A DNA stretch of 62,873 nucleotides, counting the filler, from Stramenopiles sp. TOSAG23-2 (lineage: Eukaryota): the NCBI GenBank assembly GCA_900128395.1. It is 4 parts of 4 records of this genome, joined end to end, with 100 filler letters (N's around TTAATTAATTAA, not from the genome) between each part and the next. Parts side by side here need not be neighbours in the genome. Positions count along the whole stretch, not along the records: positions 15,768 to 31,429 come from LT649700.1; positions 31,530 to 47,184 come from LT649701.1; 2 more parts are not named here. One strand, 5' to 3'. The notes under the pieces are model-generated. The model did not search any database. It was not told the origin of the DNA and saw only the letters and a program-made list of their open reading frames with translations. The first letter of the stretch is position 1. Every line of letters begins with the position of its first letter. This document shows positions 21,043 through 31,582 of the stretch, one piece after another. The position numbers were made by a program, and so were the translations under genes.

Positions 21043-21926
21043 TTATTAATTAATTAATTAATTAATTTATTATTCTTGGTAATATTTTTCTGTACGATGA
21101 TAACTTAATTTTGATACTACTATGTCTTCGACTATATATATATATATATTATACTGTGTGGGAAATGAGCGTAATATGATTGCACTCTATATATTTTCTA
21201 CTTTCTATTTGTAAATTCTTGCAATCTCTATATATCTTTTCTACAATAATATCGATCGATCAGGTGCACGTATGTGTTTCTGTGTGCTGGTGCATATGTG
21301 TGTGGTAGTCGTCTTCTATAGCTATACTTGCCAGCTTGTAGTAACAACAAATCTTTCGCTGATAAATACGTGCAACAAGCATATTTTAATACCAGGCATA
21401 TCAGCATACTACCACCAGTTGGTATCATCACAGTTCTCTCTCGCGAAATAAAGTTGGATCAAATGACACATAATTTATACTTAAATATAGGAAAATTAGA
21501 ATACTAGAAATACTCATCTCCCAGATCTAGAGATCTCACAAACTCATCTCAAAAAAAAAGATTTCCCGACGATCAAAAATTATACTTGAAAGGGAAAATT
21601 AGAATATCAAGTGTGTCTATCAAATTGAAATCAGGAGAGACCAAAAACTCCTCAAAAATATTATTCGTGAACAAAAATTCATTATTTATTATATTAATTT
21701 GTACACATGTGTAACTTAATTATTCTAGAATATTGTACATCAAATCACATCATGCATTGGAATAATACAATAGCAATAACAATATACGAAACGTTTTTAT
21801 ATAATAATCTCAGAAGAAATAGAGATACTATTAGTAATAACCAATCTGGTGTCACTTCTTTTGTTCTTCGATTAATAATAATCATTTTACGACGAAAATA
21901 ATAATTTTGAATATTTTAATTAATAA

Positions 21927-22238
21927 ATGTCATCCGTATTGTGGTTCGCAAAGAACATTGATTTCAGGTTATATATTGGCCATGCAGTTGCATTCGTATG
22001 CCTTGCAGCGTATGGTGTTATCTTTTATTTCATATGGTTAGATGGTTCATATGGCCGTGAATTGAGACGAAAAGAAATTGCATATAAAAATAAATTGAAA
22101 GAACAAGGTGGTAATCTAGTTGAGGAAAAGAATAAAAAAAAAATAACAGAGACTTTGAAAGACTCACCTATAAAAAAAAGCAAATCATCAAAATCGAAGA
22201 AAAAAAAATCATCCAAAACAAGCAAAAAGAAGGATTGA
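21927..22238 (+). CDS. Small single-pass membrane protein with Lys-rich tail (possible di-lysine ER retrieval signal)
   Basis: One hydrophobic segment near the N-terminus; ends SKKKD; ATG in an A-rich context. Confidence 0.6.
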   Translation: MSSVLWFAKNIDFRLYIGHAVAFVCLAAYGVIFYFIWLDGSYGRELRRKEIAYKNKLKEQGGNLVEEKNKKKITETLKDSPIKKSKSSKSKKKKSSKTSKKKD

Positions 22239-22600
22239 AAGATCATTATAAAAATATAAATGAGTATTGGAACAATATATATATATATATATATATATCA
22301 ATGTGTGTCGCCTGTGTGTCGGTATTTAAAAATGCCCATAACGAGGAGAAGAATTTTAATTCAAACATCATAGAGATGTGTTTTTTTGTCTTCTTAATAA
22401 AAAAAAATAATTATATATATGATAGCTGGAAGCTGGATAGCCAGGATAGTAAATAATATATTATATTTCAATTTTAAAATATTTTGATTATAAAAATTTA
22501 TTAATTTAAAATATATCTTAATTTTGATTTTTAGTCTCGTAAAAAAACAATCTTCTTTTCTCTCTTTTACATTCTACAGATACTCTTGTTCTATCCTACC

Positions 22601-23767
22601 TCACAATCCATCCTTCACTTTAGATATGTCTGTTACATACGTATTTGGTTGACCATCCATATCAGCGATAGAATACATAACATTGACACTATTCGTATCA
22701 TTATTATTATTTACAACATCCATACATGTAAATGCACCATCACCATACATACGATATTCATTCAATAAACAATTTGTACTATTAGTTGTAGTATTATCTT
22801 CAACATTGTATTTTCCTATATCCCATAAACGTATTGTTTTATCTTTTGATCCTGTTAATAATATGTTATTTGCACCTCTTATAAAATAACATTCTTTAAC
22901 ATCTTGTTGATGACCAGTTAATTCGATACATTGTTTATTCATTCGCAAATCCCATATTCTTATTTCACAACCAACACCATTGAAACCTTTACTACCTGTC
23001 ATGATACGATTTCCATCATCCGATATACTCATGCATAATGGGAAATAGACATAACCACTAAAAGTTTGCGTAGATTTTATCACATTGCCTTGTCTAACAT
23101 CCCATAATCGTAATTTCAAATCTTCACTACCTTGTACTATCGTTGAACTATTTTGTGGTAACCATTGCATACATGTTACTAAATTTCTGGAAGTAGTATT
23201 TCGAACAATTTCTTTTGATGTTGCTAAATCCCAAACACGAACAGTAGTATCCCTAGAACCACTTGCTAATAATGTACCATCATTTTTTTCTGAGATAGCT
23301 GATATTGTTAGCGTATGACCTTCTAGTGTACCAACTGCATCATCAGATTCTTTGGTCCATTGTTTAATAGTTAAGTCACGACTACATGTAAATACATGAT
23401 TTTTTCCTTGAATAATTTTATTAACTGCTCTTTTATGTCCAGTCCATTTACGAACTATTGATATTTTATTATTATTATTTTTATCTCTTTTTCGAAGTAT
23501 AGCAATTTTATCATCACTACAAGTATAAATCTCATCGAATGCATTATTATTATTGTTATTGTTATCAGGATTGTTAATTCTTGAATTTATTTTAATACTA
23601 TTGATTGCATCACCATGAACTGTTTGTAAACATGTTGTAGTTTCATCTCCATCAGCATCGTTTACATTATTATTATTATTTTCACTATTAGTAGATGTTT
23701 CATATGCATGTTTTTTCACAGCAACATCTTCATTTTTATTTTTTTTTTTTGAAAATTTTTTCCCCAT
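22601..23767 (-). CDS. WDR31: WD40-repeat protein, WDR31-like
   Basis: MGKKFSK N-terminus; several GH...WD repeats; SRNLVTCMQW, EDLKLRLWD and GFNGVGCEIRIWDLR resemble WDR31. Confidence 0.75.
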   Translation of the reverse strand: MGKKFSKKKNKNEDVAVKKHAYETSTNSENNNNNVNDADGDETTTCLQTVHGDAINSIKINSRINNPDNNNNNNNAFDEIYTCSDDKIAILRKRDKNNNNKISIVRKWTGHKRAVNKIIQGKNHVFTCSRDLTIKQWTKESDDAVGTLEGHTLTISAISEKNDGTLLASGSRDTTVRVWDLATSKEIVRNTTSRNLVTCMQWLPQNSSTIVQGSEDLKLRLWDVRQGNVIKSTQTFSGYVYFPLCMSISDDGNRIMTGSKGFNGVGCEIRIWDLRMNKQCIELTGHQQDVKECYFIRGANNILLTGSKDKTIRLWDIGKYNVEDNTTTNSTNCLLNEYRMYGDGAFTCMDVVNNNNDTNSVNVMYSIADMDGQPNTYVTDISKVKDGL

Positions 23768-24306
23768 TTTTTCTTAATAGATAAACTATATTTAATAAAG
23801 TGTTATCAATAGATTATATAGATGATGATGATATGATTGAAATGATTTTACTTTTATATATTCTTTATATTTGTTTCTTCCGAGTCTACATACTACATTT
23901 TCTTTTTGTTTGTTTTGAATTTTTTTATTAATAGTTTGAATTTAAAATTTTTTTGGGGTGAAAATTTAATAATAACAATTATTAATATCATATTCCTATA
24001 TAAATAAGTACAAAAAGTTGTATTAATTTCATTAATAGTGCAAAAGAAACACCTCGAGGAATAGCAGTTATGTCGGTTTAGTAGTATTAGTATGCCTGGT
24101 ATGCACATAAAACTTTATTACTACAGCTTTTTTTTTACATATATATATGAAAAAATATAATAGACAAAATCTTTCCTTCCCACACATACAAACAACATCT
24201 TATACCTTTGCATACAAAAAAGAAATAAACTGAAACAACGTCTATATCTATCTATATGTATAATGTTTTAACCTTTCATCAAAACCTTGGTAGTATATAA
24301 TAAATC

Positions 24307-27300
24307 ATGGATTTTAATGCGTTTTTGCTACTAATACTAATATTTTTTTTCCAACAATGTAACAACGTAGTGGTAGTACTTGCTTTAAATTGTGGAACTA
24401 TTCAAGGTGCCGCCAGTATTTGCTTGTCATTAAACCCTGTTACACCATTACGTTACGTCAATGACGATTTTTATCGTTACGATCACTCCTCTGTTAGTAA
24501 TGGCAGCACAGTGTATATATATGGTGGAACCGACACAAGTTCAAATGTACATAAAGGAAAAACAACGGATTATATACGTTTAAACATTATAAATATAAAC
24601 GACGATAATGGCTTAATTCAATACGAAATAAATAAAACAACTGTCAACGTAGGTTTAATGGATCAAACGACTGTTCTTTACAAAGATTCAGTTTATGTAT
24701 TTGGTGGTATCTTAGACAGTTTCCAGTACACAAATACGTTATGGGAATTTCGTTCCTTTCCTCCAGTTGTAAAAGTTATTAATATTGATTCGATAAAACC
24801 ACCAGAGCGAGCAGGACATTCTGCTATTTTGTATAATAGTAAAATGATCATTTTTGGCGGAAGAGATATTGAACGGTATAGTATGAATGATGTATTCTAT
24901 TTTGATTTGAAACCATTGTATGATGCTAGGATTAACATGACCGAATGGGCGAAAGTTACTTCGAATTGGACATTTTGTGATACATCCTCTGCTAATGCAG
25001 GTTCTTCAATAATACCAAAAGCAAGGTATGATCATTCTGCAATATTATATAATACGCAAATGTATATTTATGGTGGTATTAATAAAGATCCTGACAGTTT
25101 AAATACAGAAATATTTAATGACGTTTACGTATTAAATTTAAATAATTGGAATTGGAATAAATTAACTACTAGATACAGCACAGGTGGAAGGCATCGGCAT
25201 AGTGCATCATTATACAAATCAACTATGATTATTTACGGTGGTTTAATGTTTGCCGGTTCCAATAAAAATGATCAACCAACTAACAATATGTTACAATTGG
25301 ATTTAATTACTACTATCGGTGGCAGATATGATTGGAAATTGGTAAATTGGGAATTATTAAATACTAGCAAAACAATGGTTAATAATCCTGAATATCCAAT
25401 ACCAGTCAGTGATCATTCTACTGCTGTGGTAGGAAATCATTTACTTCGTATTTTTGGAGATGCCAGTGATATAAAAGGTCGGAACGATATACAATTTATT
25501 TCGTTATGTTCTTGTAGTTTATGCGCACGAGGCACGTTTATAAATGAAAGTACTGTTCAATGTCACATATGCCCTGATGGTATGTACGGCACAGAGTATG
25601 GAGCGACGAATTGTAAGGATTGCTCTGTTGGATTTTATAGCATAAATGATATGATGTTAAATGATGGTACTAAATGTTTACCGTGTGAAAGTGGAAAATT
25701 TACAAATCATGTAAAATCGAATATTTGCAAGAAATGTGAAACAGGGCGATATAATGATCGACTAAACAGTACTTTTTGTCATGTGTGTGAGGTTGGAAAA
25801 TATAATGATGAGACAGCACAGTTGAAATGTAAACATTGTTCAATAGGCATGTATAATCCAAACAATGAATCAAGAAGTGTATCAAATTGTCTTCCTTGCT
25901 CTCCTGGATATTACCAAGATGCTGAAAGTTCATTTCAATGCAAAAAGTGCCCCGCTAGATCGTTTTCAGTTAAAAAGTCAAATGATATTTCACATTGTCA
26001 ATTTTGTACACAACCAAAATTTTGTATAGAAGGAGAAGGATTATGCTATGCAAATAGAGATGAACAGTCATTTTGTCAAAGTTGTTTATCAAATAAATAT
26101 AAAAGTTTCATTGGAATATGCAAAACTTGTAGTAATAATAATAGTTTTTATTTTATTTTTGAAGTTTTCATATCATTATGTTGCATATTTGGCATATTTT
26201 TAGTTTTGTGGTTAGTTCAACGAAATGATATGAAATGGCATTATGAAGAGGAAATATTAAAAAATCGATTGAAAAAACAACATGAGGAGAAAGAAGAGGC
26301 TATTGCAAATAACAATGGACATTTGCTTCATGATGCTTCATTTATTTGGATAAGGCATTTTCAAATCCTTTTTCTTTTAATACAGGCATATGAGATTCCG
26401 AAAATTCGAGCTAATGAAGATTTAACTTTTAACTATTTCAACAGATACATGCCAATATATAGCCTAAGTATGTCAAAATTTACGACATATTATCTCAGTT
26501 TTTTAGCATGCAACCCAATTGCATGGAATCCACGAAGTTTGCTTTTATTTGACATGTTCTTCGCCCCGTCATTATTGTTACTTTTTCCAACATTTGCGAA
26601 TATATATGTCTTGATAGATTATTTTTTTATTCGTCATCATAACGATTCGTTTAAAAGAGATGAAAAAGTATATATTCGATTAATGAATGGAGTAATTGTT
26701 GATATATGGGCTACGATATGTTTTCCTATTGTCTTGGTTGTAACCTTTAATTTATTAAATTGTGTTGATCCAGGAAACAATGATAATTATAGATTGTATT
26801 TAGATGGTGGACAATGTATTTGGAATCTTGATAAATCATTTATGCACAACATTAAGGAAATTCAAACGCAAGCAGGAATTGCTAATGAAGGTAACTATTA
26901 CAACAATTATTTCGTTGAATGGTTGGTGTTTTTATGTCTCTGTATTTTCTATTTATGTATATATTATATACGATTGATTGTTGATCATTTACCAAATAAT
27001 ATAAAGGCTGGATGCTCAAAATGCTGTATGAAAATAATTCCAATGAAATGTTTACATTTCAGTACTTTTTTGACTCATTTATTTGCAACACCTATTAATC
27101 AACGAAATCCTTTGGATGATATTGTAATGACAATAGTGATTGGTTCACGATATATTACAGACACAGTCGCTATTCAAATGGTGATTTTGATCATTGTAAT
27201 ATGTTTCCGTATAATAGTATTTCTAGCTTTAAGACGAAAAAAGTGCCTTGTTGATAATAAGAAAAAATGCCAGGTAAAAACGAGAGATGTCGCATCTTTC

Positions 27301-28170
27301 TGTTTATTTTTATTACAACTTTCAATATGTATTATTTACCTGATCAGGGAAAATGAAAATAATAGTAGTAATAAACGTAATAATACACAAATTATAAATG
27401 CAGATAATGTCGATGAAACAGTTGCAATAGCATTTACATATCATATCGATATTGTGTATTTAATATCATCCCTTTCGTTTGTCATTTTAACTACAGTGTT
27501 TTTATGTCAGAAATGGTATTTTAACCGTATCATTCGAAATGAAAAACGGAAAGACTTATTGTTTCATCCGAAAAAGCAAGTAATCTATTTTCCATTGTAC
27601 ATATTATGCATAACCTGCATGTTGCCATCTATTGCATTTTGTTGTTTGTATCATTTGTTACGTATTCTTCTTTATTTTATCTATAGTTTATTTCGACAAT
27701 GTTTTGAAATATGTACAAAACCAGAGGAGAAAAGAAAATATAACTTATTTTCTCAAAATTTGAAACAATGTAAATATGAACTATTTAACTTTGTTTCGAC
27801 TATTGTTTATTTATATTATGAATTTGCCGGTTCATGCGAGGCATGTCAATCTATATTTGGCGTTACATATTACATGGAAGAGGACTATTTAGCAGATGAT
27901 TTGTGGCGTAAACATATGGAAAATACAAATAAAACTAGTGCAAAAGTCAAACCATTAGATGATGATGAGGAGGTCGTTCGAAACAGCCGTAACAATGATA
28001 GAAGTATCTTAGGTGGATTTAAAAAAAATCGGAAAGGTAATAAAAAACGAGGAAAAAAGAAAAAGACAAACAAATTAATTGAATTTGAAGAGATAAAGGA
28101 AACAGGTAATAAAAAATTAGAAGATCATGATTCATTTTATGGTATATGGGGAGAACCACCTCGCAGTTAA
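24307..28170 (+). CDS. Receptor-like protein: signal peptide, Kelch propeller, GCC2/GCC3 (ephrin-receptor-like) Cys repeats, multi-pass TM domain
   Basis: Kelch motifs RYDHS/RAGHSA/RHRHSA with YGG/FGG; about 9 CxxCxxGxY/F repeats; many hydrophobic segments in the C-terminal half. Confidence 0.8.
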   Translation: MDFNAFLLLILIFFFQQCNNVVVVLALNCGTIQGAASICLSLNPVTPLRYVNDDFYRYDHSSVSNGSTVYIYGGTDTSSNVHKGKTTDYIRLNIININDDNGLIQYEINKTTVNVGLMDQTTVLYKDSVYVFGGILDSFQYTNTLWEFRSFPPVVKVINIDSIKPPERAGHSAILYNSKMIIFGGRDIERYSMNDVFYFDLKPLYDARINMTEWAKVTSNWTFCDTSSANAGSSIIPKARYDHSAILYNTQMYIYGGINKDPDSLNTEIFNDVYVLNLNNWNWNKLTTRYSTGGRHRHSASLYKSTMIIYGGLMFAGSNKNDQPTNNMLQLDLITTIGGRYDWKLVNWELLNTSKTMVNNPEYPIPVSDHSTAVVGNHLLRIFGDASDIKGRNDIQFISLCSCSLCARGTFINESTVQCHICPDGMYGTEYGATNCKDCSVGFYSINDMMLNDGTKCLPCESGKFTNHVKSNICKKCETGRYNDRLNSTFCHVCEVGKYNDETAQLKCKHCSIGMYNPNNESRSVSNCLPCSPGYYQDAESSFQCKKCPARSFSVKKSNDISHCQFCTQPKFCIEGEGLCYANRDEQSFCQSCLSNKYKSFIGICKTCSNNNSFYFIFEVFISLCCIFGIFLVLWLVQRNDMKWHYEEEILKNRLKKQHEEKEEAIANNNGHLLHDASFIWIRHFQILFLLIQAYEIPKIRANEDLTFNYFNRYMPIYSLSMSKFTTYYLSFLACNPIAWNPRSLLLFDMFFAPSLLLLFPTFANIYVLIDYFFIRHHNDSFKRDEKVYIRLMNGVIVDIWATICFPIVLVVTFNLLNCVDPGNNDNYRLYLDGGQCIWNLDKSFMHNIKEIQTQAGIANEGNYYNNYFVEWLVFLCLCIFYLCIYYIRLIVDHLPNNIKAGCSKCCMKIIPMKCLHFSTFLTHLFATPINQRNPLDDIVMTIVIGSRYITDTVAIQMVILIIVICFRIIVFLALRRKKCLVDNKKKCQVKTRDVASFCLFLLQLSICIIYLIRENENNSSNKRNNTQIINADNVDETVAIAFTYHIDIVYLISSLSFVILTTVFLCQKWYFNRIIRNEKRKDLLFHPKKQVIYFPLYILCITCMLPSIAFCCLYHLLRILLYFIYSLFRQCFEICTKPEEKRKYNLFSQNLKQCKYELFNFVSTIVYLYYEFAGSCEACQSIFGVTYYMEEDYLADDLWRKHMENTNKTSAKVKPLDDDEEVVRNSRNNDRSILGGFKKNRKGNKKRGKKKKTNKLIEFEEIKETGNKKLEDHDSFYGIWGEPPRS

Positions 28171-28567
28171 AAAATTGTTCCACTTCACATAATCTAGGTC
28201 CTAGACTTTTCAAAGAAAAGTCTACACTTCACATTTGAAGTTAATTTTAAAAAATTACTCTGTTAATAATTACGATAAAATTAAGGTTTTTCACCGATTT
28301 GTATAAATAAGACTTAATCTTATTTATATGCTAATCTATTTTTTATACGAGGATGATGTGTGCATGTTATTATAATGTTGTTGTTTTCGACTGTGCTGAT
28401 GGTGTGCTGCCATGGAATGAATTGCAACAACAATTGTTGTGCTGCCATTGTGATAATTGATACATACAATATTTAGATAGATAGATAGACAGACAGACAG
28501 ACATCATAAAATATATGTACATACATATATATATATATAAATATACAAACAGGAAAGCACTAACACC

Positions 28568-30883
28568 ATGAGGCGATCAAGATCTGGTGGTTCGGAGAAA
28601 AACCAATCTACGTTGGTCATACGTAAAAGTGGTTATTTATATCGTAAAGGTAAAATTATGAGACAATGGAGAAAGAAATATTTTGTTTTAGATAATTGGC
28701 ACTTAAGATATTATCACGATAGTAAAGAGATGCAAGATGGTTCAGCACCAAATGGTATTATTTCTTTAGTTAATTGCACTGTTCACGATGGTGGCTTAAG
28801 CGATACATTTGGTACGAAACGTATACATCTTGCAGATGGACAAGTTGGTAAAGTGCATTGCATGTCTGGTGAAGATGCAAAAGATATTGAAGAGTGGATA
28901 CAATGTTTAAAAGATGCTGTGAAACAGCGAAAAAGCCACCAAGATAATGAAGATGATACATTAAAAACGTATAGTAGTGGAGTAAGGCAAAGACGAAGCG
29001 ATACATCCAACTCGAATATATCGTATGATTCTTCATTACACTCAAATTATCCCAATAACCAGCAGAAACATGGCCATGGTATACAGCACAGTATGTCAAA
29101 GTTACCTCAAGGATTGAAAAAAGAAGTAAAAGACAAAGCGGAGGAATTTGCAGGATTATTACGACGACGAGATGCATGGCGTTTGTTGACGGTTGAGGAT
29201 GGTTGCCGAGTATCAAAATTAAGGGGATCGAATACGTACAAAGGCTCCGTCTTAGTAAATGCGCCTGCTAGGGAAATTTGCAAAGTAATATTGGATACAT
29301 CTTCACGTGTTGAATGGGATCCTCATTTCTCTTATGGAAGTGTATTGGAAGCGTATGGGGCTCGATCACAAGTTATACGTTTAGCTGGTAAAATGTCATG
29401 GAGGCGTCATGATAAATATAGAGCCATCGATGGGGCTGGAACATTTGTCAATAGCGTTTCAACTGGTTTAATTCTTGGTCTAGGCAGTGCTGGCGCTGCT
29501 ATTGCAGCAGATGTTTTAGGTTATGAACCAGTAGCAGGTGCTGTAATTGGGGCAGCATTGTTAGGGGCATCTACTGGTGGTTACGTCGGATCCGCGGGAG
29601 GCTCCCGAGCGCAAGATGGTGCAGCCAGAGGTGTTTGGTCGATTGGCCCATTGGCATTTGATGTAGAAAGCATGGCTTATCCTCGCGATATTGTTTTGAT
29701 GCAACATGGAATTGAACATGAACGTGGGGTTTTTATAGTACCACAATGGTCGTTAGATCATCGTGCTGCACCTCGCGGTAGTGGTTTTGTTCGTGCAAAA
29801 TGTGGTCTAAGTGGATTTGCAATTGAAGAACTCGTCTCTCCATCTGGCACGGTTTCTCAAGTGACTCAAATCGTTGATTTTGATCCATGTGGATGGGTAC
29901 CATCGACTTTACGAAAAATGGCATCCATGGAACGTATGAGCTGTCTTTCCGGATTACGAGAATACATCGCACAAGGCGTTGATTCGGATGTATGGGGGTT
30001 GCCATTGAACGATGGTTTTGATGACAGCGATGATGATGGAGCCGGAGACGGGGACAAAGGGGATGATCTATTGCCATCTGGAGAAATTGTACAACATAAA
30101 GATCCAACGAAGACACCTGAACCAATGACATGGGCTAAATGCCCATCCGTACAAATATTTAAAGTTCGTGGGCCACATTACATCGATAAAAGCCACGAGC
30201 TATACAAAAATAAAGTTCCATCGAAATTTAGTATGTATGTGCCAATCGCTGTAGATATGTTTAAAACCACAAGTAAAGATAGAGGCATTTATAAACGATT
30301 CCGTAAACCAGAAGGATTTCAAGCTGGCAGTACAGGTGGTGTGCCAAATAATATTTGCGTCACACAAATTTTCCCTGATTATCAACCCTCAATGTTATCA
30401 AGTCAAGATGATGGACCAAGTCATAATTTGATTGTGTGGTTTACAATGTCAGATGAAGCTAAGGAAATGCTTACAGGTGCAAAAGCACCAATATCCGGGA
30501 TAAACATATTAAAAGAATGGGCAAAGCCTGGCGACCCGCTACACCCTCAATGGAAAACGATTGTTCAAGTAGCCAACCCAGAAGATTTAGATATTGGAAT
30601 GATGGGGAATAAAATGATAAAACAATATAATGGAAAACCATTTCTATCTAATGTATCCCATACAGTGGAAAACGATGGAGAAACCATAGCAGTTATTTCT
30701 GATGTCCATACTTTTGGATATATGTTGAAAAATTTTTATTTTAACCAGCAACAAGTAGTACAAAAATCAGTTGTTGATATGGCATATGTAATTGAAGGGA
30801 GACAAGCCGACCATCTACCGGAGCAAATATTAGCCAGTGTTCGGTTGCATAATTTAGATATTAATATTGCCAAGGATTTGTAG
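28568..30883 (+). CDS. PH-START-DUF1336 lipid-transfer protein (EDR2-like)
   Basis: PH (KSGYLYRKG..WRKKYFVL); START (RVEWD, YPRDIV, DFDPCGWVP); EDR2 C-terminal domain (FKVRGPHY, YNGKPFL, VDMAYVIEG...LPEQIL). Confidence 0.85.
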   Translation: MRRSRSGGSEKNQSTLVIRKSGYLYRKGKIMRQWRKKYFVLDNWHLRYYHDSKEMQDGSAPNGIISLVNCTVHDGGLSDTFGTKRIHLADGQVGKVHCMSGEDAKDIEEWIQCLKDAVKQRKSHQDNEDDTLKTYSSGVRQRRSDTSNSNISYDSSLHSNYPNNQQKHGHGIQHSMSKLPQGLKKEVKDKAEEFAGLLRRRDAWRLLTVEDGCRVSKLRGSNTYKGSVLVNAPAREICKVILDTSSRVEWDPHFSYGSVLEAYGARSQVIRLAGKMSWRRHDKYRAIDGAGTFVNSVSTGLILGLGSAGAAIAADVLGYEPVAGAVIGAALLGASTGGYVGSAGGSRAQDGAARGVWSIGPLAFDVESMAYPRDIVLMQHGIEHERGVFIVPQWSLDHRAAPRGSGFVRAKCGLSGFAIEELVSPSGTVSQVTQIVDFDPCGWVPSTLRKMASMERMSCLSGLREYIAQGVDSDVWGLPLNDGFDDSDDDGAGDGDKGDDLLPSGEIVQHKDPTKTPEPMTWAKCPSVQIFKVRGPHYIDKSHELYKNKVPSKFSMYVPIAVDMFKTTSKDRGIYKRFRKPEGFQAGSTGGVPNNICVTQIFPDYQPSMLSSQDDGPSHNLIVWFTMSDEAKEMLTGAKAPISGINILKEWAKPGDPLHPQWKTIVQVANPEDLDIGMMGNKMIKQYNGKPFLSNVSHTVENDGETIAVISDVHTFGYMLKNFYFNQQQVVQKSVVDMAYVIEGRQADHLPEQILASVRLHNLDINIAKDL

Positions 30884-31062
30884 TACATAAAAAATATATT
30901 TTTACAACCACACCAGAGTTTTACAAAACAAGAAGGAAGAGAAGAGTTAAAATAATATTATAGACGACTAGAGAGACGGAGCATTGAAAAAAGTACGTAT
31001 GATACATTAAAAAATAAAACGTGTGTGTGTATCATATATAATAATTTACGCATAATTTACGA

Positions 31063-31429
31063 AGTATTGTTTTAATTTACTCAAATGATAATTCCTACTC
31101 TCTTCAAAAGAATACAATAACTGAAATAATCTATCTCACACTAGTGTGTTGATATTTCCATAATCGAGAATACCAATGAAGGTAAATAGATGGTATCAAC
31201 TACTCATAATAGCTTATGGAAAACGGACATCATAGGAAGGCGGAGAATAAATTGTACCAGGGTACAAGTCATATACGGTATATTATTTCTCTTATACTCA
31301 TATATATATTATTATATAATCTATAATTTACATCATAATTTATTGTTTTAATTTACTCATGATAATTCCTACTCTTCAAAAGAATACAATAACTGAAATA
31401 ATCTATCTCACACTAGTGTGTTGATATTC
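31063..31429. repeat. ~90-bp imperfect direct repeat (about 31063-31158 and 31341-31429)
   Basis: Both copies contain TAATTTACTCA..TGATAATTCCTACTCT..TCAAAAGAATACAATAACTGAAATAATCTATCTCACACTAGTGTGTTGATATT. Confidence 0.85.
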
Positions 31430-31529
31430 NNNNNNNNNNNNNNNNNNNNNNNNNNNNNNNNNNNNNNNNNNNNTTAATTAATTAANNNNNNNNNNNNNNN
31501 NNNNNNNNNNNNNNNNNNNNNNNNNNNNN
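31430..31529. other. Artificial contig linker
   Basis: N-run, TTAATTAATTAA, N-run. Confidence 0.97.
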
Positions 31530-31582
31530 TTAAATATTTTTTTCAAAGCTTCTACTTTTTTGGTTGCATTTTCTTTTTATTT

